Part shown: piece after piece, positions 17,503 through 27,546 of the stretch
Position numbering within the stretch: the stretch's first letter is position 1
Layout: each line of letters opens with the position of its first letter
NCBI GenBank assembly: GCA_963834385.1
Contig: CAWIBO010000003.1
Location: 64,001-128,000 of the forward strand
Direction of reading: 5' to 3'
Length of the DNA stretch: 64,000 nt
From: an uncultured Verrucomicrobiae bacterium
GTDB lineage: Bacteria; Verrucomicrobiota; Verrucomicrobiia; Chthoniobacterales; UBA10450
Notes under the pieces: generated by a model
What the model was told of the DNA's origin: nothing
Seen by the model: only the letters and a program-made list of their open reading frames with translations
The model's database searches: none
Made by a program: the position numbers and the translations under genes

Positions 17503-18930
17503 ATGACTTCCCCTTCCCCCGAACGTCCGGGCCTGCTCGCGCGCATGGCTTTGGGCATGACGGCCTGGACCGAGCGCTGGGTGCCTGATGCGTTTATTTT
17601 TGCGCTGGTCGCCACGGTGATCGTGGTGGTGGCGGGGGTGGCGTTCACGCCCTCGAGCCCGGCGGAAGTGGTGGACGCATGGGGGAAAGGTTTCTGGGAG
17701 CTGATCCCGTTCACGCTCCAGATGGCGCTGATCATCATCACCGGCCATGTGCTCGCCACCTCGCGGCCGATCGGAAAGGTTATTCGCGCCATCGCCACGT
17801 GGCCGACGACGCCGCGGAACGCGGTTGCGCTCGTGGCCTTTTTCGCCATGACCAGCTCGTGGTTCAACTGGGGGTTCAGTCTCATCTTCAGCGCCGTCCT
17901 CGCCAAGGAGGTGGCGCGCCGGGTCGTCGGGGTGGATTATCGGGCGCTGGCGGCCGCGAGTTTTCTCGGGCTCGGCAGCGTCTGGGCGCAGGGCCTGAGC
18001 GGGTCGGCCGCGCTCCAGATGGCGACGCCGGGCGCGCTCCAGCCGCAGATCCGCGACATCGTCGCGGCGGGAGGGATCGTGCCGGACGGAATCATTCCAT
18101 TCCGCGACACCATCTTCCTCTGGCAGAGCCTGGTCTCGGTCGTGGTGGAGATCGTTATCGTGACGGCGGTGATGTGGCTGGTGACACCGCCGGCCGGACG
18201 CGGGAAGACGGCGGCTGATCTCGGGATTGAGCTGGGCCGTGGCGAAATGGAGCCGCCCGTGACCGTGGAGAAACCGGTGCCGGGCCAGTGGCTGGAGCAT
18301 TCCCCCATCCTGAACTGGCTCATCGTTCTCATCGGCGGGACCTATCTGGTCCGTTATTTCATGCAGGCGAGCGAGCCGTTGAACGCAATCAATCTCAACA
18401 TCGTGAACCTGACGTTCCTGCTGCTCGGTTTTCTTCTGCACAAAACGCCGGCCCGCCTGATGCACGCGGTGCAGGGGGCGACGCCTGCCGTCTGGGGGGT
18501 GATCCTGCAATTTCCGTTTTATGCCGGGATTGCGGGCATCATCGTCTCGACCGCGTTGAGCCAGCAGATCGCGCATGCTTTCGTCGGGATTTCGACGGCA
18601 CAAACGTTTCCGGCGGTGGTGGCGATTTACTCGGCGGTGCTGGGGGTGTTTGTGCCGTCGGGCGGCTCGAAATGGGTGGTGGAAGCGCCTTACGTGATGG
18701 CGGCGGCGCATGAACTGAAGGTGCACCTCGGCTGGGTGGTGGCGGCCTACGACCTGGGGGAGGCGCTGGCCAACCTGGTGCAGCCCTTCTGGATGCTGCC
18801 GATCCTCGGCCTGTTCAAGCTGCGGGCGCGCGACATCATGGGCTACACCTTTGTGGTTTTCCTGGTGCTGGTGCCGGTGGTGCTGGTCCTTGTCACCGTC
18901 CTCGGGGCGACGCTAAAATATCCGTTATAG
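17503..18930 (+). CDS. atoE: Short-chain fatty acid transporter (AtoE family)
   Basis: ERWVPDAFIFA, WGKGFW, VDYR, GLSGS, QFPFYAGI, PSGG, QPFW motifs. Confidence 0.88.
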   Translation: MTSPSPERPGLLARMALGMTAWTERWVPDAFIFALVATVIVVVAGVAFTPSSPAEVVDAWGKGFWELIPFTLQMALIIITGHVLATSRPIGKVIRAIATWPTTPRNAVALVAFFAMTSSWFNWGFSLIFSAVLAKEVARRVVGVDYRALAAASFLGLGSVWAQGLSGSAALQMATPGALQPQIRDIVAAGGIVPDGIIPFRDTIFLWQSLVSVVVEIVIVTAVMWLVTPPAGRGKTAADLGIELGRGEMEPPVTVEKPVPGQWLEHSPILNWLIVLIGGTYLVRYFMQASEPLNAINLNIVNLTFLLLGFLLHKTPARLMHAVQGATPAVWGVILQFPFYAGIAGIIVSTALSQQIAHAFVGISTAQTFPAVVAIYSAVLGVFVPSGGSKWVVEAPYVMAAAHELKVHLGWVVAAYDLGEALANLVQPFWMLPILGLFKLRARDIMGYTFVVFLVLVPVVLVLVTVLGATLKYPL

Positions 18931-19037
18931 CGCGCCGGCACGGGGGGCGGGACGTTGACGTGTTCCCGCCCCATCGTAGGTTCGGGCGCGCATCGTTCCG
19001 CCCACCGTGCGCGTATTTCAGGGGCCTCTCTTTTTCT

Positions 19038-20225
19038 ATGATCAAACTTGAACATCCGCTCGACGACGAATCACGCGCCTTTCTCAAAACCGTGGAGGAA
19101 TTTGCGCAGAAGGAAGTGGCGCCGCACGCCGACAAGTGGGATCACGACGAGCAATTGCCGCGCGAGATTTTCACCAAGGCGGGCAAGATCGGGATGATGG
19201 GGATGGTGGCGCCGAAGGAGTTCGGCGGGCGCGGCCTGAACTATGTCACCGCCGCCCTGGCGGTGAAGGAACTGGGGAAACACATGGCGGCGCTGTCGAT
19301 GGACATCGCGGCGCACAACGCCCTCGCTGTCGGCCAGATCAACATGTACGGCACGGCCGAGCAGAAGAAGAAATACCTGCCGAAACTGATCAGCGGCGAA
19401 TGGCTGGGCGCCTGGTGTCTGACCGAGCCGAACGCGGGGAGCGACACCGGCGGGATCGAGACGCGCGCGGAAGAGCACGGCGAACACTGGCACATCAACG
19501 GCCTGAAACATTTCATCACCAGCGGCCGGGTGGCTGATCTGCTGGTCGTCATCGCCACCACCGGGCGGAGCGAGAAGGGGAAGAACGAGATCAGCGCCTT
19601 TATCACCATGAAAGACCAGGTGGAAGGCGTGCGAAAGATCCACACCTACGGGATGCGGGCGAGCGAGACCTCGGAGTTGCGCTTCAATAATTCCAAGGCG
19701 GAAATCCTGGGCGAACGCGGCCGTGGCCGGGAACAGGCGCTTTCCGTGCTCGACCGGGGACGGATCAGCATCGCGGCGCTGGCCGTGGGGATCGCGGAGG
19801 CGGCCTTTGACCGGGCCAATTCCTACGCCAACGCGCGTAAACAGTTTGGGCATCCGATCGGAAGCTTTCAGGCGGTGCAATGGATGCTGGTCGACTCGGC
19901 CATGGAACTCGAAGCGTCCGAAGTGATGACGATGCACGCGGCGCACCTGCAGGATCTGGAGCAGAACACGACCAAGGAATCGGCCATGGCCAAGTTGTTC
20001 GCCTCCGAATCAGCGGTGAAGATTTGCGATCGCGCCATGCAGATCCACGGCGGTTACGGTTACAGCCGGGACCTGCCGATCGAGCGGTATCTGCGGGACG
20101 CGAAGCTTTGCACGATCGGTGAAGGGACCTCGGAGGTGCAGCGGCTGGTCATTGCCCGGCACGTCCTGAAGGAAGCCAAGCCGCTGGCGCTCGCGCATCG
20201 CGAACCGCGCCAGCCGAATGCCTGA
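19038..20225 (+). CDS. Acyl-CoA dehydrogenase
   Basis: LTEPNAGSD, RKQFG, QIHGGYG, IGEGTSEVQR motifs. Confidence 0.94.
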   Translation: MIKLEHPLDDESRAFLKTVEEFAQKEVAPHADKWDHDEQLPREIFTKAGKIGMMGMVAPKEFGGRGLNYVTAALAVKELGKHMAALSMDIAAHNALAVGQINMYGTAEQKKKYLPKLISGEWLGAWCLTEPNAGSDTGGIETRAEEHGEHWHINGLKHFITSGRVADLLVVIATTGRSEKGKNEISAFITMKDQVEGVRKIHTYGMRASETSELRFNNSKAEILGERGRGREQALSVLDRGRISIAALAVGIAEAAFDRANSYANARKQFGHPIGSFQAVQWMLVDSAMELEASEVMTMHAAHLQDLEQNTTKESAMAKLFASESAVKICDRAMQIHGGYGYSRDLPIERYLRDAKLCTIGEGTSEVQRLVIARHVLKEAKPLALAHREPRQPNA

Positions 20226-20335
20226 ATAAGGGATGCGTCCCCGTGGGACGCCACAAGCGGTTCCCATCCTGGCCTTCCAAAGGACAACGTCGCAAATTCG
20301 GTTGAGCGCGCCCGTCCCGCTGGGGAGGCTGGGAA

Positions 20336-20812
20336 ATGAAGACCGACTTTATTCTCACCGCTCTGCCGAAGGAGACGTTCGAGCGGTTCTTCGCCCTGTC
20401 GGACGGGCAACTGGCGGCGGTTCAGGGCCGGAGGATGATCGCCGATGCGGCGCCGGGGTTCCCGTGCCGCGTCAGCCTCGAGGATGCGGCGATCGGAGAA
20501 ACCGTTTTGCTTTTGAATTTTCGCCATCAGCCGGCCGATTCGCCCTATCAGGCATCAGGCCCGATCTTCGTGCGGGAAAAGGCGCGGCAGGCGCAGCTGG
20601 CTCCGAACGAGGTGCCGGAGGCGATTCGTCGCCGCCTGCTCTCGCTGCGGGGTTATGATGACCGCGGTTTCCTGGTGGGGGCGGACGTGGTCGAGGGGCG
20701 GGAACTCGAGAAGGGGATCGCGCGTCTCTTCGCGGAAAAGCGCGTGGCCTATTTGCATCTGCACCATGCCAGGCCCGGATGTTACGCCTGCCGGGTGGAC
20801 CGGGTGGAATGA
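20336..20812 (+). CDS. DUF1203 family protein
   Basis: PGFPCRVSLEDA, SPY..SGPIFV, LRGYD, HHARPGCY motifs. Confidence 0.8.
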   Translation: MKTDFILTALPKETFERFFALSDGQLAAVQGRRMIADAAPGFPCRVSLEDAAIGETVLLLNFRHQPADSPYQASGPIFVREKARQAQLAPNEVPEAIRRRLLSLRGYDDRGFLVGADVVEGRELEKGIARLFAEKRVAYLHLHHARPGCYACRVDRVE

Positions 20813-20834
20813 CGGAGAATGGTGTGAGGGCGTC

Positions 20835-22869
20835 TCATCGCGACGTCCCGCAGGTTGTCTCTCTCTGGAACTGCGGGTGTTGACGGATGGCGTGCGCGAA
20901 GTCGGCGTGATCCGACGGGTCGATCTCGTCGGGAAACTTCGCCTGGGAACGCTCCCAGCGCTCCAGCCAGGTGTGATCAAGCAATTCCCGGTCGTGCTGG
21001 GGAGCCGTCGGCGTCAGCGCGATGGTGGTCTGTTCCTTCAGGCCCATGGCGGTGCCGCGCGCGACAAAGAAACCGGCGGCGAGAAGGCGGGCGCGCACGG
21101 CGGTGGAACGGCTGTAGGTGAAAAGTTCGACGGCCCGGTGGCCGCAGACCGCAAAGAGTCGGCGGAAGGTGGCGAGCGTCCAGGCGTCCCCGGAAGTTTT
21201 TCCCGAGAACATGTCGTAAAAGATGAGGTCGGGTGGAGTTGCGGCCTCCGGGATGGTGGCCGGGAAGTCACCGGAAACGAGGGACCAGCTTACGCCGGGA
21301 TGATGTTTTGATTCCCAGGCGCCGTTTCCGAGGAGCGCGGGCGGCCCGGCATGGCGCAAATAGGGGAAAACGTTCCGGTGCAACAGCGCAAGCCGAAGCG
21401 AATCGAGATCGTTTTCGAAGCTCACGAGGTGAAGCGGACGGACCGGGCCGACCTGCGCCTGTTCCTCGTAACAACGGATCGCGGCCATGGCGTTGGCGGC
21501 GGCGCCGAGACCAACGTCCCAGATGACGAGCGGCTCGCCCGGTTCGCGCAGGCGTTCCGCCAGGCGGGCCTGGTCGACATAAAGGGTGCGCGCCTCTTCC
21601 ATCGGGTCGGAACGCGAATGCATGATCTCGCCGGAAGCGACGTGCCGGATGCTGGCGAAACCTTCCCAGGCCTGGTGCACCTCGTAGGCGCCGAGGGATG
21701 GTGCGCCGCTTCTTGTTCGGCTTGGGCGCCACGATCGGATTGTCGAGGTCGTTCTCGTGCAGGAAGGCGCGCTTCTTTTCGTAAAGCTCGAGGAAACGAT
21801 CCTCCAGGATGCTGGCGCGGATCTCGCGCATGAGCTGGTGATAAAAGTGGATGTTATGTTTGCCGAGCAACTGCCAGCCGAGCGTTTCCGCGCTTTTCGT
21901 CAGGTGATGGAGATAGGCGCGCGAATAACGGGCACAGGTCGGGCAGCCGCATTCGGGGTCGAGCTTCTCCTCCGCGAACCGGTAAATGCCGCGCCGCATC
22001 TGCAGGAACCCGCGCGAGGTGAAAACAGCCCCGCGCTGCGCGAGCTGGGTCGGCATGATGCAGTCAAACATGTCCACGCCGCGATGGACCGCCTCGAGCA
22101 GATCGAGCGGCGTGCCCACGCCCATGAGGTAGCGCGGTTTGTCCGGGGGCAGCAGCTCGGCGGTGAAGGCGCAGACATCTTCCCGTTCGCTTTTGCTTTC
22201 GCCCACGGCCAAACCGCCGATGGCGTAGCCGTCGAAGGCCATCTCGCGGAGGGCGGCGGCGCTTTCGCGGCGAAGCTTGGGGAAGAGCGCGCCCTGCACG
22301 ATGCCAAAAAGGGCCTGGGGCGAATCGCCGCGGGCGGCGAGGCTGCGGGCGGCCCAGCGGTTGGTCACCTCGAGCGCCTCCCGCGCGGTCGCCTCGTCCG
22401 CGGTGGAGGCAATGCACTGGTCGAGCGCCATCATGATGTCGCTGCCGATGGCTTTCTGGGTCTCGATGCTCACCTCAGGGCTGAGCAGGATGGTTTTGCC
22501 GTCGAGATAGCTCTGGAAAAGCGCCCCCTCCTCGCCCAGCGAACGCGCGTGCGGCAGTGAGAAGATCTGGTAACCGCCGGAATCGGTCAGGACCGAGCGT
22601 TCCCAGCTCATGAACTTGTGGATGCCGCCGAGTTTCCGGAAGACCTCGACGCCCGGCCGGAGAAGAAGGTGATAGGTATTGGCGAGGAGGATCTGGGAGC
22701 CGGCCTCCTCGAGGGTCCGCGTGAGCTGGGCTTTCACGGTGCCTTTCGTGCCGACCGGCATGAAGAGCGGGGTCAGCACCTCGTTGTGCAGGGTGCGAAA
22801 ACGGGCCGCTCGCGCGCGGGAACCGGTGGCCTGCGCCTCCAGCCGGAAATCAAGCCGCGCCTCGCTCAT
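20835..22869 (-). CDS. tgt: tRNA-guanine transglycosylase with C-terminal MnmC/MnmD-like SAM methyltransferase domain (frameshift near 21700)
   Basis: TPLFMPVGT, NTYHL, TDSGGYQ, GIVQG, GGLAVGE, zinc CxCxxC; then WDVGLGAAAN, FYDMFS, TYS in the +1 frame without its own ATG. Confidence 0.85.
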
Positions 22870-22885
22870 GGTTTGCCGCTCTGCG

Positions 22886-24196
22886 CTAGTCCCGGGTCGT
22901 GACCACCGTCTCATCCTCGGGCGCGACCGCGAGAAAAGGAGCGAAGAGATCGAGCGAACGCGCGGGGATGGTGGCCTGGACGAGGGTGAACCCTTCCTCG
23001 TAGGAGAGGTCGAGCACGGTCCCTTCCCGATGCAGCCGGGCGAGGAGGTCGCCCCGGTCGGACGGCACCCGGAGCGCAATGGTCATCGCATCGCGCGCGA
23101 CAAAGTCCGAGATGCGCTCGACGAGGACGTCGATACCGGCACCGGTTCGGACGGAGATGAAGAGGGCCTCCGGGAAATGACGGCGCAGCTCGGCCAGTTC
23201 GTCGGGGTTCGTCACCTTGTCGATCTTGTTGAAGACAACCAGCATTCGCTTGGTCTCGGCGCCAAGGTCCTTCAGGACCCGCATGGTGGTGTTGTAAAAC
23301 TCCATCACGGCCGGTTGCGAGGCGTCGAGGACGTGGATGAGAAAGTCGGAGAACGCGGCCTCCTCCAGGGTGGCGTTGAAGGCTTCGACGAGCTGGTGGG
23401 GCAGGTTCCGGACAAAGCCGACCGTATCGGTCAGGACGAGCGGCTGCTTGTTCGGCAGAGCGATTTTGCGGGTGGTGGTGTCGAGGGTGGCGAAAAGCTT
23501 GTCTTCGATGAATACGTCCGCGCCGGTGAGCCGCCGCAGGAGTGAGGATTTGCCGGCGTTGGTATAGCCGACGATGGCGGCGTTGGGCACGGGCGCGCGT
23601 TTCCGGTCCTTGCGCTGGGTGGCGCGGGCGCGGCGCACTTCCTCGAGCTCGCGTTTCAGACGATCGATCTGGAGACGGATCTTGCGTTTGTCCTGTTCGA
23701 GCTGGCTTTCGCCTTCGCCCTTGGCCCCGATGCCGCCGCCCTGCTGGCCAAGGTGGCTCCAGGCCCGGGTCAATCGCGGCATGGAGTATTGCATCCGGGC
23801 GAGGTCGACCTGGATGCGGGCTTCGCGGGTCCGGGCGCGGGCCCCAAAGATGTCGAGGATGATCTCGTGGCGGTCGGCCACCGTGATCCCGGAAAGTTCC
23901 TCCCAGTTGCGCTGCTGCGACGGGCTCAGTTCGTTGTCGAAAATGAGGACGTCGCATTCGTTCGCTTTCGCGAAATCGACGATTTCCTGCGCTTTGCCCG
24001 ACCCGATGAGGTAGCGGGCATGGTTTTCCCGGTGAGAGATGAGTTTCCGGGCGACGATGGGAATCCCAAGCGTTTCGACGAGCTCGGCCAGTTCCGCGAG
24101 GAGATCTTCCGCCTCCGGTTTCGCGAGGGGATCGATGTAGGCCCCGAGAAGGAGAGCCCGCTCCACCATCTTCTCCTTCTGTTTGATCTCAAACAT
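22886..24196 (-). CDS. hflX: GTPase HflX
   Basis: GYTNAGKS, LFATLD, DTVGF, NKID motifs. Confidence 0.96.
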   Translation of the reverse strand: MFEIKQKEKMVERALLLGAYIDPLAKPEAEDLLAELAELVETLGIPIVARKLISHRENHARYLIGSGKAQEIVDFAKANECDVLIFDNELSPSQQRNWEELSGITVADRHEIILDIFGARARTREARIQVDLARMQYSMPRLTRAWSHLGQQGGGIGAKGEGESQLEQDKRKIRLQIDRLKRELEEVRRARATQRKDRKRAPVPNAAIVGYTNAGKSSLLRRLTGADVFIEDKLFATLDTTTRKIALPNKQPLVLTDTVGFVRNLPHQLVEAFNATLEEAAFSDFLIHVLDASQPAVMEFYNTTMRVLKDLGAETKRMLVVFNKIDKVTNPDELAELRRHFPEALFISVRTGAGIDVLVERISDFVARDAMTIALRVPSDRGDLLARLHREGTVLDLSYEEGFTLVQATIPARSLDLFAPFLAVAPEDETVVTTRD

Positions 24197-24292
24197 GCGA
24201 GGGCAGTATAGCAGAGGACGCGGCGTTTGCCGGGGGTGAGGGGATGAACGCGGGAACGTGCGGAGCGAAACAGAAATGGTGGATCTGCTCCC

Positions 24293-24317
24293 AGGCTCGA
24301 CGGAGTCTCGCCCTACC
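24293..24317 (-). repeat. GTAG-REP, family C
   Basis: Minus strand GGTAG-GGCGAGAC-TCC-GTCGAGCC; identical copies at 38617 and 38792. Confidence 0.88.
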
Positions 24318-24332
24318 GGGGGAGATGAGGAG

Positions 24333-24364
24333 CGTGAATGGAGGATGGTGAATCGTGAATGGTG
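24333..24364. repeat. Heptamer tandem array (SGTGAAT)n
   Basis: CGTGAAT GGAGGAT GGTGAAT CGTGAAT GGTG. Confidence 0.75.
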
Positions 24365-24379
24365 CAGCAGCAGGTGCCG

Positions 24380-26218
24380 CTACACCATCGGCCGGAAACG
24401 ACCGACGGATTCCTGCAGGCGGGCGGTGATCTGGCCGAGGGAACAGACTTCCACGGCCTCGAGCAGGGCGGGGAATGAGTTTTCGCCGCGCTCCACCGCG
24501 TCCGCGAGCTTGTCCAGGGCCGGGCCGGACTTGGCGGCATTCTTCTTCTTGAACTTCTTGAGCCGCTCAACCTGCAGCTTCTGTCGCGCGCGCGGGGTGC
24601 GGGCGAGCTCGAATTCCGGCATTTCCTCGTTTCCGTTCCGGTAGCGGTTTAAACCGATGATCGGGCGGGTTCCGTCGTAAATCTGCTGTTCGTAGCGGTG
24701 AGCCGCGCTCTGGATCTGGCTGCGCTGGTAACGATTCTCCACCGCGGCGAGGACGCCGCCGAGCCGCTCGATCTCGCGGAACTCGTCCAGGATGGCCTTT
24801 TCCACCGCGCGTTCGACCGCCTTCATGCCGGGCGATCCGCTGAGCATGTTCATGGTGTGCTTAAAGATGCCTGATTCCTCGAGCAGGATGGCCTGGCCAT
24901 GCGCGGCCAGCCGGATCCATTCCTCGCTCGGGGTGGTGAAGGGCTCGTCCGCGCTGTTTGAATGGCAGGAGTTGGTCCCGTTCATGTAGGCGAGCATCAA
25001 CTCGACCGCGGTGCGGGTAAGGTTATTCTTGAACTCGGCGGCGATGAGGGACCGGCCGCTCGTCTGCGTATGCAGCTTGAACATCTGGCCGCGCGGCCCG
25101 GCGCCGAAAACGTCACGCATGCCGATGGCCCAGATCTTTCGGGAAACCCGCGAGAGGGCGATGTATTCCACCTCGAGCCCGCAATCGAGGAAGAAGGAAA
25201 GACGCGGGGCGAACTGGTCGACGTCGAGACCGCGCGCCGCCAGCATTTCCGCGTAGGCGAATCCGTTCGAGAGGGTGTAGGCCGCCTGCTGCACCGGGGT
25301 GGAGCCGGCTTCCTGGATGTGATAACCGCTGATCGAGACCGGATACCAGCGCGGCATCTGTTCGCTGCTCCACTCGATCATGTCGCACAGGAAACGCAGC
25401 GACGCTTCCACCGGGAAGATGGTCTCGTTCTGCGCCTGCACTTCCTTGAAGATGTCGGCCTGGATGGTGCCGCGAAGTTTCGGGACCACGCCCGGGCCAA
25501 AGCGGCGTTTCGCGGCCGCGATATACATCGCCATGATGATCGGGGCCGGGCCGCTGATGGTCATGGAGGCGGAGAAATCGGGCGAGCCGACGTCGAACCC
25601 ATCGTAAAGCCGGACCATGTCCTCGACGGTGTCGACGGCCACGCCGCCCTCGCCAATTTTGCCGAAGACGCCGTCGGCATCCGAATCGATGCCGTAAAGC
25701 GTGGGACCGTCAAAAGCGGTGCTGAGGCGCTTGGATCGCTGGTGGGCGCTGAGAAAATGGAAACGCTTGTTGGTGTCCTCCGCCAGCATCAGCCCGGAGA
25801 AGAGGCGGGTCGGTTCCTCGGGCGGACGGGCCCCGTTTTTCGCTGCCGGCGCCGCGGCGGACTGACCGTTGCCGCCAGGGCGCGCCTTTTCCAGGCTGCC
25901 CTGTTCGATTGGCGGTTGCGGGAGCGGTTCCAGGTACATCTCGCGGTAGGCGCCGTTGAGGAAGGGGAATTCACCGGGCAAACCTTCGCTGAAAAAATAG
26001 CGGGCGATCTCGCCCGGTTCATCGATCTCAGGGAGGGCCAGGCGCGGCAGCTCGAGCCCGGTGGGGGCACGGGTGACCGGGGTTTCGGCCTTGATCTTTT
26101 CCCAGCGCGCCTGCAATTCGCGCGCGAATTTTTCGTCGGTCCGCGCTTTTTTCACCTGTTCGAGCACGAATTTCCCGTGCTGATCCACGGCTTCGATGAC
26201 AGCTCCGAGTTTGCTCAT
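24380..26218 (-). CDS. B12-dependent acyl-CoA mutase, substrate-binding subunit (IcmF C-terminal-like)
   Basis: PGEFPF, PTRLFSG, RLSTAFD, GTIQADIFKE, SISGYHI.EAG, QTSGRSL motifs. Confidence 0.88.
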   Translation of the reverse strand: MSKLGAVIEAVDQHGKFVLEQVKKARTDEKFARELQARWEKIKAETPVTRAPTGLELPRLALPEIDEPGEIARYFFSEGLPGEFPFLNGAYREMYLEPLPQPPIEQGSLEKARPGGNGQSAAAPAAKNGARPPEEPTRLFSGLMLAEDTNKRFHFLSAHQRSKRLSTAFDGPTLYGIDSDADGVFGKIGEGGVAVDTVEDMVRLYDGFDVGSPDFSASMTISGPAPIIMAMYIAAAKRRFGPGVVPKLRGTIQADIFKEVQAQNETIFPVEASLRFLCDMIEWSSEQMPRWYPVSISGYHIQEAGSTPVQQAAYTLSNGFAYAEMLAARGLDVDQFAPRLSFFLDCGLEVEYIALSRVSRKIWAIGMRDVFGAGPRGQMFKLHTQTSGRSLIAAEFKNNLTRTAVELMLAYMNGTNSCHSNSADEPFTTPSEEWIRLAAHGQAILLEESGIFKHTMNMLSGSPGMKAVERAVEKAILDEFREIERLGGVLAAVENRYQRSQIQSAAHRYEQQIYDGTRPIIGLNRYRNGNEEMPEFELARTPRARQKLQVERLKKFKKKNAAKSGPALDKLADAVERGENSFPALLEAVEVCSLGQITARLQESVGRFRPMV

Positions 26219-26234
26219 GGTCTGGTTCTTTCTC

Positions 26235-27485
26235 CTAGCGGCGGGCGCGCCCGGCGGCCTGGGCGCGTTTCCTGGGGCGTGGTGAGTCCGCTCTGCGCGT
26301 CTTTGCCCGGGCCGGTCTGGTGCCGTTGCGATCGCTCGCGGCGGCCGATTCCTTTTCGGTCTTCCTGATCAGTTGATAAAGTTTATCGACCCCGGCGTCG
26401 CGGTGTCGTTTTGCCACGGTGGCGACGATCTGCTGTGCGCGCTTGTTCTGGGTCAGGCGCTGCTCGATCTCGGAGAGCGCAGCCTTGGCCCGGTCGAGGT
26501 CGGTCTTGTTCACCACCACGATATCGGCCACGTCGAGCATGACGATTTTCTGCAACTGCAGGCGCGCGCCGTAGTCGGGGTTCATCACGAGGATGGTCTG
26601 GTCGACCAGCCGGCTGCGGAACGGGAGGGCTTCCTGGCCGGTGCCGACCGTCTCGATGATGACGTAATCGAAACCGGAATGGGCGAGGAGTTCGAGACAG
26701 CTCTCGGTCGCCGGGGAAAGTCCGCCGGCCTGGCCGCGGGTGGCCATGCTGCGCATGAAAACGCGGTCGTCCTGCGAATTGATCATGGTGGCGCGGTCGC
26801 CGAGGAGGGCGCCCTCGCCCACCACGCTGGGATCATGCGAAAGGATGGCAAGGCGCGCCTTCGGTTCGTGCCGGAGAAAACGGAGGATCAATTCGTCGAT
26901 CAGGGTGGTCTTGCCGGCGCCGCCGGGGCCGGTGAAACCGATCACTTTGGTCTCGGCGGCTTTCGACTCCCGATTTTGAACTTTCGATTTCCCGGGGCGT
27001 TTGCCCCTGGCAAAGGCGTCCTCGATCTCGGTGAGCTGGCGCGGGAGAGCGAGCGCCGGTTTCCCGGCCGGCCGGCTTTTCCGGCCTTTGCCGTAGTGCT
27101 TGCGCACGTACTCGACCATGTCGGTGAGGGAGGTGCCGGCGAAAAAGATCTGGTCGACACCTTTCGCCTTCATCAGGCGGGCATCATCGTGCGTGATGGT
27201 GCCGCCACCGCCCCCGAAGACCTTGATGTCGCCGGCGCCGGCCTTGCGGAGCTGGCGCACGACCTCGGCGAAGAACTCGATGTGCCCGCCGTTGTAACTG
27301 GAGATGCCGACGGCGGCGACGTCCTCCTGGATGGCGGCGCGCACGATGTCGCTGACGTAGCGATGGAATCCAAGATAAACCACCTCGATCCCGTGCCGGA
27401 TAAACTCGAGGTTGATGGTGTTGATGGCACTGTCGTGCCCGTCACAGATCGGCACCGCGGTCAGGACGCGAATGGGAGCAGCCAT
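26235..27485 (-). CDS. Cobalamin-binding domain fused to MeaB-type GTPase (IcmF N-terminal-like)
   Basis: DGHDSAIN, SSYNGGH, GGGG, then GPGGAGKT, GALLGDR, ETVGTGQ, NKTD. Confidence 0.88.
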   Translation of the reverse strand: MAAPIRVLTAVPICDGHDSAINTINLEFIRHGIEVVYLGFHRYVSDIVRAAIQEDVAAVGISSYNGGHIEFFAEVVRQLRKAGAGDIKVFGGGGGTITHDDARLMKAKGVDQIFFAGTSLTDMVEYVRKHYGKGRKSRPAGKPALALPRQLTEIEDAFARGKRPGKSKVQNRESKAAETKVIGFTGPGGAGKTTLIDELILRFLRHEPKARLAILSHDPSVVGEGALLGDRATMINSQDDRVFMRSMATRGQAGGLSPATESCLELLAHSGFDYVIIETVGTGQEALPFRSRLVDQTILVMNPDYGARLQLQKIVMLDVADIVVVNKTDLDRAKAALSEIEQRLTQNKRAQQIVATVAKRHRDAGVDKLYQLIRKTEKESAAASDRNGTRPARAKTRRADSPRPRKRAQAAGRARR

Positions 27486-27546
27486 GGGAAGGCAAACTAC
27501 CGGCAAACGCTTGTCCGGCAACCTTTCGGGCCTAAGCTCGCGCGGA

